Of a stretch of 64,000 nt of DNA, positions 37,360 through 51,470 are shown piece by piece. The notes under the pieces were generated by a model, which worked only from the letters and a program-made list of their open reading frames with translations, was not told where the DNA came from and searched no databases. Position numbers and translations under genes: made by a program. Where the stretch lies: assembly GCF_030028105.1 (NCBI RefSeq), contig NC_092385.1:42271433-42335432 (forward strand), read 5' to 3'. The stretch's first letter is position 1; every line of letters begins with the position of its first letter. This DNA is from Mobula birostris (taxonomy: Eukaryota).

Positions 37360-37891
37360 CTCGCTTATTGTGAACAGTTTTGGGCCCCTTACCTAAGAAA
37401 GGATATGTTGCCACTGGAGAGGGTCCAGATGAGCCACGAGAATGATCCCAGGAATTAAAGGATTAATGTATGAGGAGCTTTCAATGGCTTTGGGCTAGTG
37501 CTCGCTGGAGTTCTGAAAAATGAGGGGGAAATCTCTTTGAAACATATCAAATACAGAAAGATCTAGATAGAGTGGATGTGGAGAGGATGTTTTCTGTAGT
37601 GGAGGGGTCGAAGACCAAAGGGCTCAGAAGAGAAGCATATCCCTTTAGAACAGAGATGAGGAGTAATTTCTTCAGCTAGAGGGTGGTGAATCTGTGGAAT
37701 TCATTGCCACGTACGGCTGTAGAAACAGTCAGTGGGTATATTTAAAGTAGAAGTTGATTGGTTCTTGATTTGTAAGGACATCAAAGGTTGTGAGGAGAAT
37801 GGGGTTGAGGGGGGTAATAAATAGATGGAATGATGGATCAGACTTGATGGGCCGAATTATCTAATTCTTTGGCAATGTTTTATGGTCTTAT
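37360..37891 (+). mobile_element. CR1 3' fragment
   Basis: Reads QFWAPYLRKDMLPLERVQ and FFS*RVVNLWNSLP; ends in ttatggtctta. Confidence 0.88.
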
Positions 37892-39019
37892 CAAATCTCA
37901 AGAAGCTGCACACCATCTATTTCCAAAAGCACATATTCCATCCTGTAAATAGTTACCAAGGATACTCTGAGAGTAGCTCCCAATTGCAAGCACCCTATTG
38001 GACAATTGGAGGTGAGGCATGGAAACTTTGCTCCTTGCAGGTTATGTTCAGGTGATATGTTTACATACTGAATACCTTATTCAACCCTGGCACTCCTTTC
38101 CCAAAATCAGGGAGGAAGATCCTTCACTACCATCTTCATAAGCAAAGTTACAGATGGACAATAAATGCAAGCCTTGCTGGCAATTGACATTTCTCACAAA
38201 TTTGTTTAAAAATGTTTTCACCGTACAGTGGAAAATATGTACACATCACCAATTCACAAGAGAGGTACTAGCCGAAGAATTATGACATGTTTGAATATTT
38301 TTCCAAATGCTCAGTAACATAAAGAGCTTTGTGTCATAACCACTTATGCATACAGTACAGTTATTACACACCATCATGCATCACTTATTCTCAAAAGGAC
38401 ACCAATTCAGAAGGTCTCATAAAATTTTATATACCAGATGAATTATCTTAAGAAAATTTGGCATAAAAATATTGCACTTTTGAGTTTTTTAATCTTGTAT
38501 TCTTTAAAACTAGGCAGACATAACAGGACATTGGCTATACTTGGCAATTTACAAAGGTCCAAACGCTAACAATAACAAGTTCTTCCAATGCCTTGTTTAT
38601 TTGCTCTGGAGTCCAGTGTCTCCATAAATAATAGCTGCTTGAGAAAAATACAACAGTCTGTGCACAAACAACTGCACAATTCAGGCAAAGCAGTTTGCTT
38701 GATTAAGACTCCATCCACAACCATCCTTGACCATTGACACACCATATGTACACAAATGCATCACCTTCATCCCCTTGTAAGAGCATATACTCAAAGATCC
38801 AATGGGAAAAGCAGCAGCATTTTGCAATTCATTACCTTCATATTTTTAAAATACAAATATTCCGTATGAATTTCTTCACTACTAATTCTACAGTTATGTT
38901 CTAAGATGCAGCCTGAAGGCCATGAGCACTTATCTCTGGTTTCCACTGGTTACAATCCCACAAAGTTCGTAGGCTCAGCAGCAGTGCAATCTGCATACCC
39001 ATTGTAAATTGGGTCCAAG

Positions 39020-41580
39020 AAGGTGACTATTTGCTTGCAGCTCTGATGGGGATCATCAAATATTCCCGTTTAGGACTACCACAGCTGAAATCTACAGTCA
39101 CAGCCATGGGTACTTCAGTAAGCAGCATCGATTTAAGACATTTTAAAAATCTAACAATATGCATAATCGACAAATCTTGGACAGCAGACTCGTATTGCAA
39201 ATGGCGTTCTCCTTTAGATAAACAGGAAGCAGGGACACTGTGCCAGTCTACAAGTTTGATTGAAATACAATGCTTTAAACTTCTACTCCTGACTATCCCA
39301 CTGGTGAATGTAGTCTCTGGAAAATAAAATTGAAGCCCTCGGTGCAAGATTGCAGGACCAGAGGGACTTCAGCAGCTGTTGTGTACTTTGTTTCACAAAA
39401 ACATGGCTCACACCCGTCAATTCAGATTCAGCACTGCAGCTTGATGTCTTTACCGATATCAATAAAGACAAGACAGCTCAGTCTTGCAAAATCAGAGAGG
39501 TGGGGAGTATACTTTATGATTAAGTCATCTTGGTGCACACACATGTTTCAGTCCTACTTACCCGACCAGGAGCATCTAGAGGTCAAATGTCATCCATTTT
39601 ATCTGCAGGGGGAGTTTTCCGATATCATCCTGGTAGTAGTGTACATTCCAACTCCGGCCAATGTCAGGCAGGCAATGAAGGAGATGAGCAACGTAATAGC
39701 AGGCATGAAACAGAGCACCCTGATGCCTTTCATATCATTGCGAGAGGTTTCAACCAGTCCAGTTTGAAAAAGCCTTTGAACAACTAACACCGACATATCA
39801 CCTGTGGAACGAGAGGAGTCAACACACTTGACCACCATTATACCACCATCAACAACGGTTATGTGCCATCCCATGCCCACACTTTGGAAAGTCCAATCAC
39901 CTGGCTGCGTTTCCAGTCTAAGTGTATAGGCAAAGACTAAAGACCACAGCCCAGTGAGGACCAAGAAGATAAGTATGGTGAAGGGAGGTGGAGGAGCACT
40001 TACAGGACTCCTTTGAGTCAGTGTGTTGGACGATATTCAGGGATTCATATTCATGTCTCAATAAATACATCAACAACTTCATCAAAACCTGTGTGGATGA
40101 ACCTGTTTGACTACACATCAGTTATACCTAAACTAAAAGCCATGGATGAACCAAGAGATTCGTAGTCTGATCTAGATCTGTGGCATTAAAGGTCAGTGAT
40201 CCAGAACTCTCCAAGAAGGCCAGGCATGACCTATGGAAGGCTATAGAGCAAAAAAAAGAATTCTAATTGAGACTATAGATGGAATCAGATGCACATCAGC
40301 TCTTGCAGAGTTTGCAGGACAAGCAAACCCTAACATCATGAATGGTTGTGGTGCTTCACTCTCAGAGGAGCTCAACGTCTTTTATGCATGCTTTGAAAGG
40401 GAGAATAAAGCAACATCTAAACAAATTCTTGAAGCACCTACTGATTCTGTGATCTCTGTCTTGGAGGCTCACATCTGAACATCTTTCAAGAAGGTGAACC
40501 CTTGCAAGGCATCAGGCCCTGATGGTGTACCTGGTAGGGCTCTGAAAACATGTGCCAACCAATGGGTGGGAGCATTCAAGAATGTCTTCAATCTCTCACT
40601 GATATAGTCGGAGGTTACCACTTGCTTCAAAAGAGTATCAGTCATACCAGTGCCCAAGAAGAGTAAGATGAGCTGCCTCAAAGACTACCACTCTGTGGTA
40701 TTCACATCTAGTGTGATAAAGTGCTTTAAGAGGCTGGTCATGCCCAGAATCAACTCCTGTTTAAGCCAGAACCTGGACCTGCTATGATTTGCCAATTGCC
40801 ACAAAAGATCTATAGTGGATATAATCTCGCTGGCTCTCCAGTTGGCTTTGGATCACCTAGATAATAGTATTGTTTAATGACCACAGCTCAGTGTACAACA
40901 CTATCATACCCTCAGTCCTAATCAAGAAGCTAAAAATCCCGGGCCTCTGCACCTTCTTCTGCAACTGGATCCCGGACCTTCTCAACAGGAGACCACAGCC
41001 TGTGTGGACTGGAAGTAACATGTCCTCCTTGCTGACAGTCGGTACTGGCATAACTCAACAGCTATACTCTCTCTACACCCACAATTGTGTGGATAGGCAA
41101 AATTCAAACACCAGCTAGAAATTTGCTGGTAAAAGAATTACTGTTGGCAGGATCTCAGGTGGTGATGAGGACCGCACAGGCGTGGGATAGATCAGCTGGT
41201 TGAGTGGTGTGGCAGCAACATCCTTGCACTCAACTACAGTAAGACCAAGGATTTGATTGTGGACTTCAGGAAGGGTAAGTTGAGGGAACACACACCAGTC
41301 CTCATCAAGGGATCAGAAGTGGAAAGGGTGAGTGGTGTCAGTTTCCTGGGTGTCAACATCCCTGAGGATCAACAGTGTCCTGGGCTCAACATATTAATGC
41401 AATTACAAATAAGACACAGCAGCGACTATATTTCATTAGGAGTTTGAAAATTAGTGTATCACAAAGATACTTGCAAATTTCTACAGATGTACTATGGAGG
41501 GCATTCTAACTGGTTTCATCATTGTTAGGTATGGTGGAGCCACTGCACAGGATTAGAAAAAAGCTGAAGAAAATTGAACT
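39020..41580 (+). mobile_element. Long decayed Rex1/Babar LINE (AP endonuclease and RT), 3' end missing
   Basis: Relics SLENKIE..CVLCFTKTWL, VVYIP, GFNQSSL, KASGPDGVPGRALK, IPVPKK, DHSSVYNTIIP..CNWIPDLL and IVDFRK..ERVSGVSFLGV. Confidence 0.9.
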
Positions 41581-42818
41581 GGAACCCCAATTCATTTGAA
41601 TGGAGATAACTAATTTGGAGATTGAGAAGACAATAATATGTTATTTTTAAATTTCCTTTTTAAAATTGTAAATGTTTTAAATTATCTGGTGCATTGAGGA
41701 ATTTAAGATCCATTCTGTGTTTGATTTATAAGTAATTTTTTGATCAAAGGTAGTCTTAATAACTTCTAATCATACTTGAAAACTTGCAAAACCTCAACAG
41801 CCACAAGATGAAGAGAGGCTATGTCCTTCGCTTCAAACGTTGTCAAAGGCTGCCAGCTCATTCTGAAAGCTGGACCTTATGGATATGTTGGCTGAGGCTT
41901 TACTCAGCTTGCTGACCACTCCAAGGATGGGTAGTCAACTTGTGCAGACCTCCATATCCAATCTGGTAATCAGGGAACATGGGCTGCAGACTGAAACCAA
42001 CTTAGTTCAGCTCTTGGCCGTGCTCAGGAATTACTGAAGTGAAACAGAGATATAGTTTAAGAGTTGCATAAATAAAAACTCACACCACAAAATCATTTTA
42101 AAATTTGAATCTGTTTCTGAAGTACATGTTACAAGCTTAAGATTTGTATGACACTAAATAGTTAAGACACTTTAAGTGATCACACAGGCTCAGAAAGAAA
42201 TTGCCCCTTAACTTGGTACTTATTGATATATAAAAAAAGCAATTTATTCATGTATAGTGATTCATGTGCACAGGTCAACCTTAGTATGTGTCAAGAGCTT
42301 TGGGAATATAAATAAGCAAGAGAGAAGAGTGGAATATATTTACGTTATCTTTGAATAATCTATTATTAACCAATGTAAATTAACCAGTTCTTGACAAACC
42401 CATTCAGAATATATACTGCAAGTAATTTTAGGTATGACAATTACAAGTCATAACCTCAGGTAACTTCCTTACTATCAATAGTAGCCAATTCTGCTCATGA
42501 CATTGTGCTAAGATATTGGCTCAGGTTTTCTTACTCCATTAACATAGCCTCACCTGGTAAGCATGTTCCACAATGCTACATTTTTGAAAATTTTATAATT
42601 CATTGGATTTTTGCTCTGCAGTTGATCGCATGAACCCACTGACCAGAGAATTCTGCAATCTACCCTCATCTTAAACCTCTTACCAATGTTTATTTTGTCC
42701 TGTACATCCATCTTCTTATTTTCTCTGCAACCTAAAAAAAAAATCATGTTCACCTTCCTTCTCTATTCTGAAGAAATGTCTTCAACTTGAAACATGAACT
42801 CTGTTTCTTTCTCTAGAA

Positions 42819-42898
42819 CATGGGTTCCCAACCTGGAGTCCATGGATCCCTTGCTTAACGGTATTGGTCCATGGCATAAAAATGGTTGGGAACCATTG
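42819..42898. mobile_element. 80-bp hAT (Charlie-like) MITE with perfect 8-bp TSD, inside an old Penelope terminus
   Basis: TSD ctctagaa at 42811-42818 and 42899-42906; TIRs catgggttcccaacc and ggttgggaaccattg. Confidence 0.88.
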
Positions 42899-43344
42899 CT
42901 CTAGAAGCAGCCAGACGATTGAGCTTTCTGTTATTATGACAGACATATGGATGGGTGGCTCACCACTCACAGTGACAGGTGAGCCATCATACCATCATGT
43001 AGGCTGCATTTATAAAGACTTTGTTAAGAAAGATGATACACGAAACGTTTTGTGAAATTCACACATACCTCATGATCAAAATTGAACTGCAAACCTGAAG
43101 GTGCTAAATGAAGTTTGCAAAAGCAACAATGAGAAGCAAGTTTAGCTAATGCCTGGGTATTTGCTGTTTCAAGCTGTATGAAAGGCAAAACATCCTGATA
43201 TTTTTAAGATAAACAGATTGGGACTTTGGCTTACGAGCAGAAATGACAGGAGAAGATTGAAGAGCATTGGAAGGGAGAGAGGATTTTCTGAAATATATGA
43301 TTATTTTCACCAGTTTAACCAAACAGAATTAAAAGGAAATCCAA

Positions 43345-43560
43345 GGATCAACTAAGGGTCAGCTTTATTCGCCATATACATTTAGATGCATAAGGAATTT
43401 GCTATGATGTGTTGGCACAACATGCAAAAAAATAACAAGTATTATAAAGAATAAGAATTATATAAGAAGGAAGTTTCAGGTTGAAGTACGGACATGGATG
43501 AAATGTGTACAAATACATAAATACATGTATTTACATTGTTAATAGCTTTATACAAAGTGC
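43345..43560 (-). mobile_element. LINE/SINE 3' tail fragment
   Basis: ctttattcgccatatacatttagatgcataaggaatttgct resembles an antisense Rex1/L2-type 3' terminus. Confidence 0.45.
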
Positions 43561-43607
43561 TTTAATGCCCTGCCTTCAGAGACAATTGGCCATCCAAACG
43601 GTTCAGT

Positions 43608-44149
43608 AAATTTCCACTTGTCTCAGTGTGAGTTCTTACAATCAGTGCATTGTAAGAATTTTATTATCAAATAAAACATCTGAAAAGTATCATAACATTA
43701 TGCTTCACTGTTAACATCTCAGGAGTCTCACAAAAAGAAATCTTCACTCAGAAGTTCACAAAAAAGTGTCTCAATTTCTTTTCATTGAAATACTCTATTT
43801 TCTAAAGTCCACCACCACTCGAACACAAACAGTCACCTCTCCTCCACAGCATTTGTTACCTTCAAGCTGAAGGACAATCATATATCTAAAGAGATTTATA
43901 TTCTCAGAGTCTAAAACAGCAGTGCTATTAATATAATTAGTTATTATTCGTTATTTCTCCAGCACCTTTGTGGCCATTATACAGTCAGAAAGGATCAATG
44001 AACAATAGTTTTTATCTGAAATATAACTTTTCAAGTTCAAACTGAAATGCAGGAATCAAAATTTGTCTGTTTCAAATTTGTTTTATTTGATAATAAAATT
44101 CTTACAACGCACTGATGGTAAGAACTCACACTGAGACAAGTGGAAATTT
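43608..44149. repeat. 71-bp inverted repeat (69/71 identity), 400-bp spacer
   Basis: 43608-43678 matches the reverse complement of 44079-44149 with two mismatches. Confidence 0.93.
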
Positions 44150-46406
44150 GAACAAACTAAGGTTATAGATTCTTCCATCTCAACAAAACATTGGACACAA
44201 CCCTTATATTTTATGATGCTTGTCCCATTCAATCCACTGACCAAAAGAACTAAATAGAGGTGCCTTTAGATGGCTGATAGTTCAGCAGTAATGATTCAAC
44301 CATTATTATTTTTGTAAGAATGCCTAGCATGCATATTGTAGTAAGAAAAAGATGAACAGAATATGCTACCTAAGTCATATTGTTTTTCTCTGGTCTTTGT
44401 ATGCTGTATTATAAAGATGCCTTTGTCTTTATATCTGGATCAATTTTCATTGTTGTGAATGATAGCATGTCATACGGTAGATGTTTTTGAAATTAATCTT
44501 TCAATTATGGCTTACTGAAGACTGCTCATGGAAGTTCATTGGCAGTACCAGTGATATTTTAGATCTTCCTTGTCTTCATTTTCATGCGTTCACCAAACTG
44601 CATTTAAAACTGGCAGGTACAAGAATAAAATACACCTTATATTTCATTAGAAGGCAGTGGGGCAGATTTTATCCTGTTCATTGTTGCCAGTGCAATGTAC
44701 CATGATGTCTTTTCCAGCATGATCCTCGGCATAGTTTTCCACTTGGAAGCCAAATCCCAACTCATTTGTGAAGGACAGGGCAGCACATGGACCATCCAAG
44801 AACAAGGGCCTGGCTCTGCTGATAGAACAGCTTTGACAAGTAGTGAAAATTAGCCCTTAGGCTCACCAGCTGTCAACACTGCTGTTTGAATTGTTATCCA
44901 CTAACATTCATACGTGCCCACTACTGGTTTCAAAAAAATGGTAAATAGGTTAAAATTACAACAGGGATTTTCAAAGTTAAAATTTTTAAAAGACAACCAT
45001 GCACTAAGAAACTGTTGGAAACCATGTGAACACTTTAAACAAACATTTAAACTAGCTTAACTAAATCAAATAGAAAACAATATTTGCCTTTGTTACGTCT
45101 GTTACAATATAGATGGCAGTGTCTCTGCCTGTCAAGTCTATGCAGGCTCACAGAGTCATCTCACTTCCTTCGCTAATCTTTCCTGTAACCTGTTCTCATC
45201 AACTGCCCCTCACCCACACTAAGAAACTACCGTCCACATATACAAAGCACTATTTGTTGTGTCCAATTAACCTATCATGATATGGTGAACTAAAGATATT
45301 TTATGGGGTACTTAAATACTGGTATTTCATTTTTTAACACATTCGAATTCTTTCATCTCAGTCAAATAGATGAACTTGGACAAATCCTTTCACCAAATAG
45401 CAGTTTTAGAGAGACTAGCTTTTGATTAGTAATTGAGCGGTCGATCCCACCAGGGAATAATTGGTGAGAATGAGGACAGGGATAAGGGAATGGATTAGGA
45501 GATACATTACCAAGCGCTATTACTTTCAGATATGCTCCTCTTTTATTTTCTTCCCTCCAGAGCTTTGCAGCTATTACCAAGTGTTAAATCTCAGTGATAA
45601 TTTGCTTCTTTCTAGTATGAAGATGAAATATTGTACTTACTTTTCAGAATTTGCTTGAGCCACTTTTGCTGTTTGTATTTAAAAATGGAGCCCTTAAAAC
45701 GTTACATTTTACAGATAAAAATGATTCCAGCTGTGTATCTTTAACAGCACAAGCTCATCACAGTAATCTCCTGCTTTTCTTGTGTCTCAATAAATTACTC
45801 TTGTTTTAATCCAGTCCCGCACTCCATTTGAACCAGTAAAATAAGGTCAGCTTTTGGTTGTCCTAAAAACAAAGCAAAAGCTCAGTGGATCTGTCAACTT
45901 AAATCCAACAGCTTTTCAGAACAGCTCCAAGGCAGGACAGTAACTAAATATCTGAGCATAGCATAACATTTCATCTCATCCTAGTCTTGAATTTCAACAT
46001 GCATTTTTGTAAAAAAAAACAAATTGGTTTAGATTTTGGACTGACAGGTGAGGCATAGTGGACAGATGTGATGTTTGTACTTAAACTAGAAGTAGGAGGA
46101 ATGTGATAGACTAGTGAATCCTGGCATAAATATGCAAGAACTTTAAATGAGAACAACAAGAGTGCAAGATAAAAGCAATATATTGCAAATAGATATTCTG
46201 GGAATGTTTGAAAATCTCATCAAAGCTTTTCCAAAAATACTTTTGTTTTAATCATGTTATGATTGAATTATTGCAGCATTTAAAACAATATACTCCTCAA
46301 ATATAAAACAATTGCATTTAATGATCCACTTCATCCACACTCTTTCCATAGATCCTTGCATTTTTATTCACTTCCATTTCAATTATGCATTCTTTATGTT
46401 ATCAGG

Positions 46407-47222
46407 CTACACACTTCAAATTTGCCAGTAACACCACCATTGCGGGAAGAATATCAGATTGGGGATGAGAAGGCATACAGGAATGAGATAGTTCTGCTGG
46501 TTGAGTAATGTCTCAACAAAAAAACTTTGTACTAACTATCAGCAAGACCATGGAATTGGTTGTGGACTTCAGGAAGGGGAAGTAAGGAGAACACACACCA
46601 TCCTCATGGAGGAGTTAATAGTGGAAAGGGTGAGCAGCTTCAGGCTCCTGGGTGTTAACATCTTAAAGGATCTATCCTGGGGCCTTCACGTTGAAGCAAT
46701 CATATAAAAAAGGCATGCCAGTGCCTATACTGTACTTCATTAGGAGTTTGAGGAGATTTGGTATGTCACTAAAGGCTCTTGAATATTTCTACAGAGGTGT
46801 GGTGGAGAGAATTCTGACTGGATATATCATGGATTGATATAGAGACTCCAATATACAGGATCGCAAAAGAGACGGCGGAAGGTTGGAGATTCAGCCAGGT
46901 TGGTCATGGGGAACCATGGTCCCTGCCATCAAGGACATCTTGAAGAGGCAGTGCCTTACGAAGACAGCAACCATATTAAAGACCCTCTCCATCACTCTAT
47001 TGGGGAAGAAGACATGGGCCTGAAGACCCACATTCAATGGCTGAGAACAGCTTCTTCCCCTCCACTATCAGATTTCTGAACAGTTCATGAACCCACATTA
47101 TTCCTCTTTGCCATAAATTACTTATTTATTATAGCTTATAGTAATTTTTATTTTGTGCTGTACTTCTGCACAAAACAGTGAATTTCAGAGCATATGTGAG
47201 TGATAACAAACCTGATTCTGAT
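46407..47222 (+). mobile_element. Rex1/Babar LINE 3' fragment
   Basis: Reads VERVSSFRLLGVNILKDLSWGLHVEAII, with tail gataacaaacctgattctga. Confidence 0.88.
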
Positions 47223-47807
47223 CTTTCAGACTTTGTGACCTCCTGTTAGTATCATTCAGCTCCTTTATTTGACTAATAAAGTTTCCTTTATTTGGCTACA
47301 ATCCGTCATGGTTTTAAACTTACTTATCAAATTACTTCTATGATTTTTTTTTATTTTAAGAATGGTCCCATTCCTGCTTCTACAAACAACCATGTATCTG
47401 AAACAAGTGTAGTTAATCTTTTCTGAATTTTTGCTGGTCTTCATATCCTTCATAGAACTGTGGAAGCCACAATGGTCCAGTTTGGAGCAAACTGGGTTTT
47501 ATTAGAGGTTGTATGTAACTTCCTGGCTCTTGTGATTTTTGCTTCAAGTCCAAAACCCAAATACATCATCAGCACCTTTTTTTTAACCTGTCATGTCAAT
47601 TTCGAAGAAATAGATTTTCATCAGCTATGTGTTCCTCTAGTACACTAGATTATGTATTGTTCAAAGGTGGTAGTAACATTGTCAGCACGTCAAAGACCGA
47701 CCTCCTGCTGCATATCAAAAATCAGGCATTGCCCTCATACTGAACACTGGGGATCAGCATTATTCTGTAAAGCTCTCTTCAGTCTGCAAAACAGTCTAGA
47801 AGAATAT

Positions 47808-50800
47808 AAAGACCGTAAGATATAGGAGCAGAATTAGGTAATTTTGGCCCATTGAATCTGCTCCACCATTTCATCATGATCCAATTTTACTCACAGCCCC
47901 AACCTCCTGCCTTCTCCCCATATCCCTTCATGCCCTGACCAATCAAGAATCTAGCAATCTCTGCCTTAAGTATACATAAAGACTTGGCCTCCACAGCTAT
48001 CTATGGCAGAGAATTCCATAGATTTGTCACCCTCTGGCTAAAGAAATTCCTCCATATCTCCATTCCAAAAGGACGCACCTCTATTCTGAAGCTGTGTCTG
48101 CTGGTCTTAGACTCTCCCACTGTAGGAAACATCCTTTCCCCATCAGCTCTAGCAAGGCCTTTCTCCATGAGGACACCACTCATTCTTCTGAATACTACTG
48201 AATACAAGCCCAGAGCTATCAAGTGCTCTTCATATGACAAGCCATTCAATTCTGGAAACATTTTTGTGAACCTCCTTTGAACCCTCTCCAGTTTCAGCAC
48301 ATCCTTTGAAAGATAAGGGACTCAAACCTGTTCGCAATATTCCTAGTGAGGCCTTACCAGTGCTTTATAAAATTTCAACACTATATCCTCCCTTATATAT
48401 TCTAGTCCTCTTGAAATGAATGCTAACATTGCATTTGCCTTCCTCACCATAGAGTCAACCTGCAAATTAACCTTTAGAGAACCCTGCACAAGGACTCCCA
48501 AGTCCCTTTGCGTCTCAGCTTTTTGTATTTTCTCTCCATTTAGAAAATAGTGAACCCTTTAATTTCATTTACCGAAGTGCATGACTGTACACTTCCCGAC
48601 ACTATATTCCAACTTCCATTTCTTTGCCCATTCTCATTTGTCTAAATCCTTCTATAGCCTCTCTAATTCCTCAAAACTACTTGTCCCTTTACCTGTCTTC
48701 ATATCATCTGCAAACTTTGCAAAAAATCAGTCAATTCTATCATCCAAATTATTGACATATAATGTAAAAAAAATTGGCCCCAACACAGACCCTTGTGAAG
48801 CACAACAATTCACGGCAGCCAGTCAGAAAATGTTCCCTTTATTCCCACTTTTTTCCTCCTGTCAATCAGCCACTGCTTTATCCATGCTAGAATCTTTCCT
48901 GCAATACCACAGGCTCAATAGCTTGTTATGCAGATTCATGTGTGGTATCTTGTCAAATGCCTTCTGAAAATCCAAGTGCACAATATCAATCAATTCTCCT
49001 TTGTCTATCCTGCTTGCTACTTCTTCAAAGAGTTCCAACAGATCTGTCAGGCAAGATTTTCCCTTGAAGAAACCATGGCCTATTTTACCATGTGCCTTCA
49101 AGTACCCTGAGACCTCATCCTTAATATTTGACTCCAACATCTTCTCAACCACAGAGATCAGAAGAACTGGCCTATAGTTTCTTTTCTTCTGCCTCTCTCC
49201 ATTCTTGAAGAGTAGAGTGATATTTTATTTTCCAATCTTCTGGACCCACTCCTGAATCTAGTCATTCTTGAAAGATCATTACTAGTGCCTCCACAATCTC
49301 TTCAGCCACCTCTTTCAGAACTCTGGGGTGTACACCATCTAGTCCAGGTGGCCTATCTACCTTTGGATCTTTCAGTTTCCCAAGAACTTTCTCTCTAGTT
49401 ATGGAACTTCAGACATCATGAACCCTGAAACCTGGAACTTCACCATACTGCTCATGTCTTCCACAGTGAAGTCTGAAAAGAAAAAAATACTTAATCAGTT
49501 CATCTGTTATTTCATTGTCCCCCATTACTACCTCTCCAGCATCATTTTCCAGTGGTCCAATATCCACTCCCTCCTTTCTTTTACAATTTATGTATCGGAA
49601 GAAACTTTTGGTATCCTCTTGAATATTATTGTCTAGCCTACTTTTGTATTCCATGTTTACCTTCTTAATGACTTTTTTTTAGTTGCCTTCTGTTAGCTTT
49701 AAAAAGAATCCCAATCCTCTAACTTCCCATTAATCTTCTGCTCTACTATATGACCTCTCTTTGGCTTTTATGTTGACTTTGACTTCTCTTGTTAGCCATG
49801 GTCGTGTCATGCTTCCTTTAGCATACTTCTTCCTCTTTAAAATGTATATATTCTTTGCTTCCAGAATTTCCCGCCATTGCTGTACTGGCATCATCCCTGC
49901 CTGTGTCCTTTTCCAATCAATTCTGGCCATATCCTCTCTCATGCCCTGTAATTCCTTGTGCTCCACTGTAATACTGATGCATCTGACTTTAGCTTCTCCT
50001 TCTCAAATTTCAGGGTGAATTCAATGATATAAGACCATAAGATATAGGAGCAGAACTAGGCCATTCAACCCATCGAGTCTGCTCCTCCATTCAGTCATGG
50101 GCTGAACCAGTTCTTAAAGTCATCCCTGCTCCCCTGCCTTCTCCTCCATATCCTTTTGATGCCCTGGCTAATCAAGAACCTATCTATCTCTGCCTTAAAT
50201 GCACCCATTGACTTGGCCTCCAAAGCCACTCATGGCAACATTATGATGACTTTCTCCCAAGGGTTCATTTACCTTAAGCGCTTCAATCCATTCTGGTTCA
50301 TTGCACAACACCCAGTTCAGAACAGCCGATCCTCCAGTGGGCCCAGCCACGAGCTGCTTTAAAAAGCTATTTCATAGGCACTCTAGAAAATCCCCCTCCT
50401 GTAATCTAGCACCAATGTGATTTCCCCAATCTACCTGCATACTGAAATCCCGCATGACTATTTTAACATTGCCCTTTTGGCGTGCATTTTCTATCTCCTG
50501 TTTTAATTTGTAGGTTACATCTTTACTACTGTTTGGGGGTCTGTATACAACTCCCGTCAGTGTCTTTTTACCCTTGCAGTTTCTTAGCTCTATCCACACC
50601 AATTCAATGCCTTCTGGTGCTACGTCATCTCTTCCTAATGATTTGATTTCATTTTTTTACCAACAGAGCATTGCTGCCCACTCTGCCTTCCTGACTATCC
50701 TTTTGATACAATCTGTATCCTTGGATATTATGCTCCTAGCTATAATCTTTCAGCCATGATTTTTTGATGCCTACAACATCATACTTGCCAATATGCAACC

Positions 50801-51470
50801 TGTTCTATGAGTTCATCTACCTCATTCCAAATACTGCACACATTCAGATACACCTTCAGACCTGTATTCACCCTTTTCAATTTTGTTGCACCATGCTCAA
50901 CCCTTTGATTCATAACTTTGTCTGGTATTTAACCGACATCTGCCTCCACAGCCTCTCAGCTAACTGTTCTGGCACTTTAGATCCCAGCCCCCTACAACCC
51001 CACCGTGTAGTCTGCCTCCAGTTCAGGTGCAAACTGTCCCTCTTGTACAGGTTCCACACTTCCTGGAAGAGAGTCTAATGATCCAAAAATCTTATGTCCT
51101 CTCTCCTGCACCAACCCCTTAGCCACGTATTAAACTGCATAATCTTCCTAGTTCTAGTCTCACCAGCATGCGGTATGGGCAGCGATCCTGAGATCACAAC
51201 CCTGGAGGTCCTGTCCTTTAACTTAACACCCTGAACTCCCTGTACAGAACCTCTTCACTCGTCCTATCCATGTCATTGGTACCTACATGGACCACGACTT
51301 CTGGCTGTTCATTCTCCCTCTTAAGAATACTGAGGACTTAATCGGAGATATCCCAGACCTTGCACCCGGTAGGCAACATACCATCTAAGAATCCAAAGGG
51401 GTGATAGATAGAACTTATAGAGAGGCAGTTACACCCAAGGTGCAGGACACAGAAAACTGAGTGACAGTCA
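47808..51470 (-). mobile_element. Long CR1 LINE (ORF1 end, endonuclease, RT, 3' end) with a nested CR1 tail (~50030-50240) and an inverted 5' piece (~51398-51470)
   Basis: Motifs WIELRN..GVVYRPPNS, HGFFKGKSCLTDLLELFEEV..LDFQKAFDKIPH, antisense KFADD at ~48703-48717, and ERVQRRFTKM..FFSQRVTNLWNSLP. Confidence 0.93.

Larger units (their letters stand above)
36140..38200 (+). mobile_element. Old CR1/L2-group LINE with nested insertions
   Basis: Relics NIPILN (aacatccccatcctcaat) and AKTAGADSI (KAxGPD-like), with terminus ggacaataaatgcaagccttgctggc. Confidence 0.6.

Noticed and set aside
42550-42753. Minus ORF with apparent splice sites (48-nt exon, CRENKKMDVQDKINI)
   Set aside because: It overlaps the decayed Penelope-type 3' UTR preceding the hammerhead relic at ~42768, and the acceptor is just an A-run.
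45561-45614. Strong acceptor followed by the LRR-like peptide VLNLSDNLL
   Set aside because: Single motif, weak donor and no neighbouring LRR exons.
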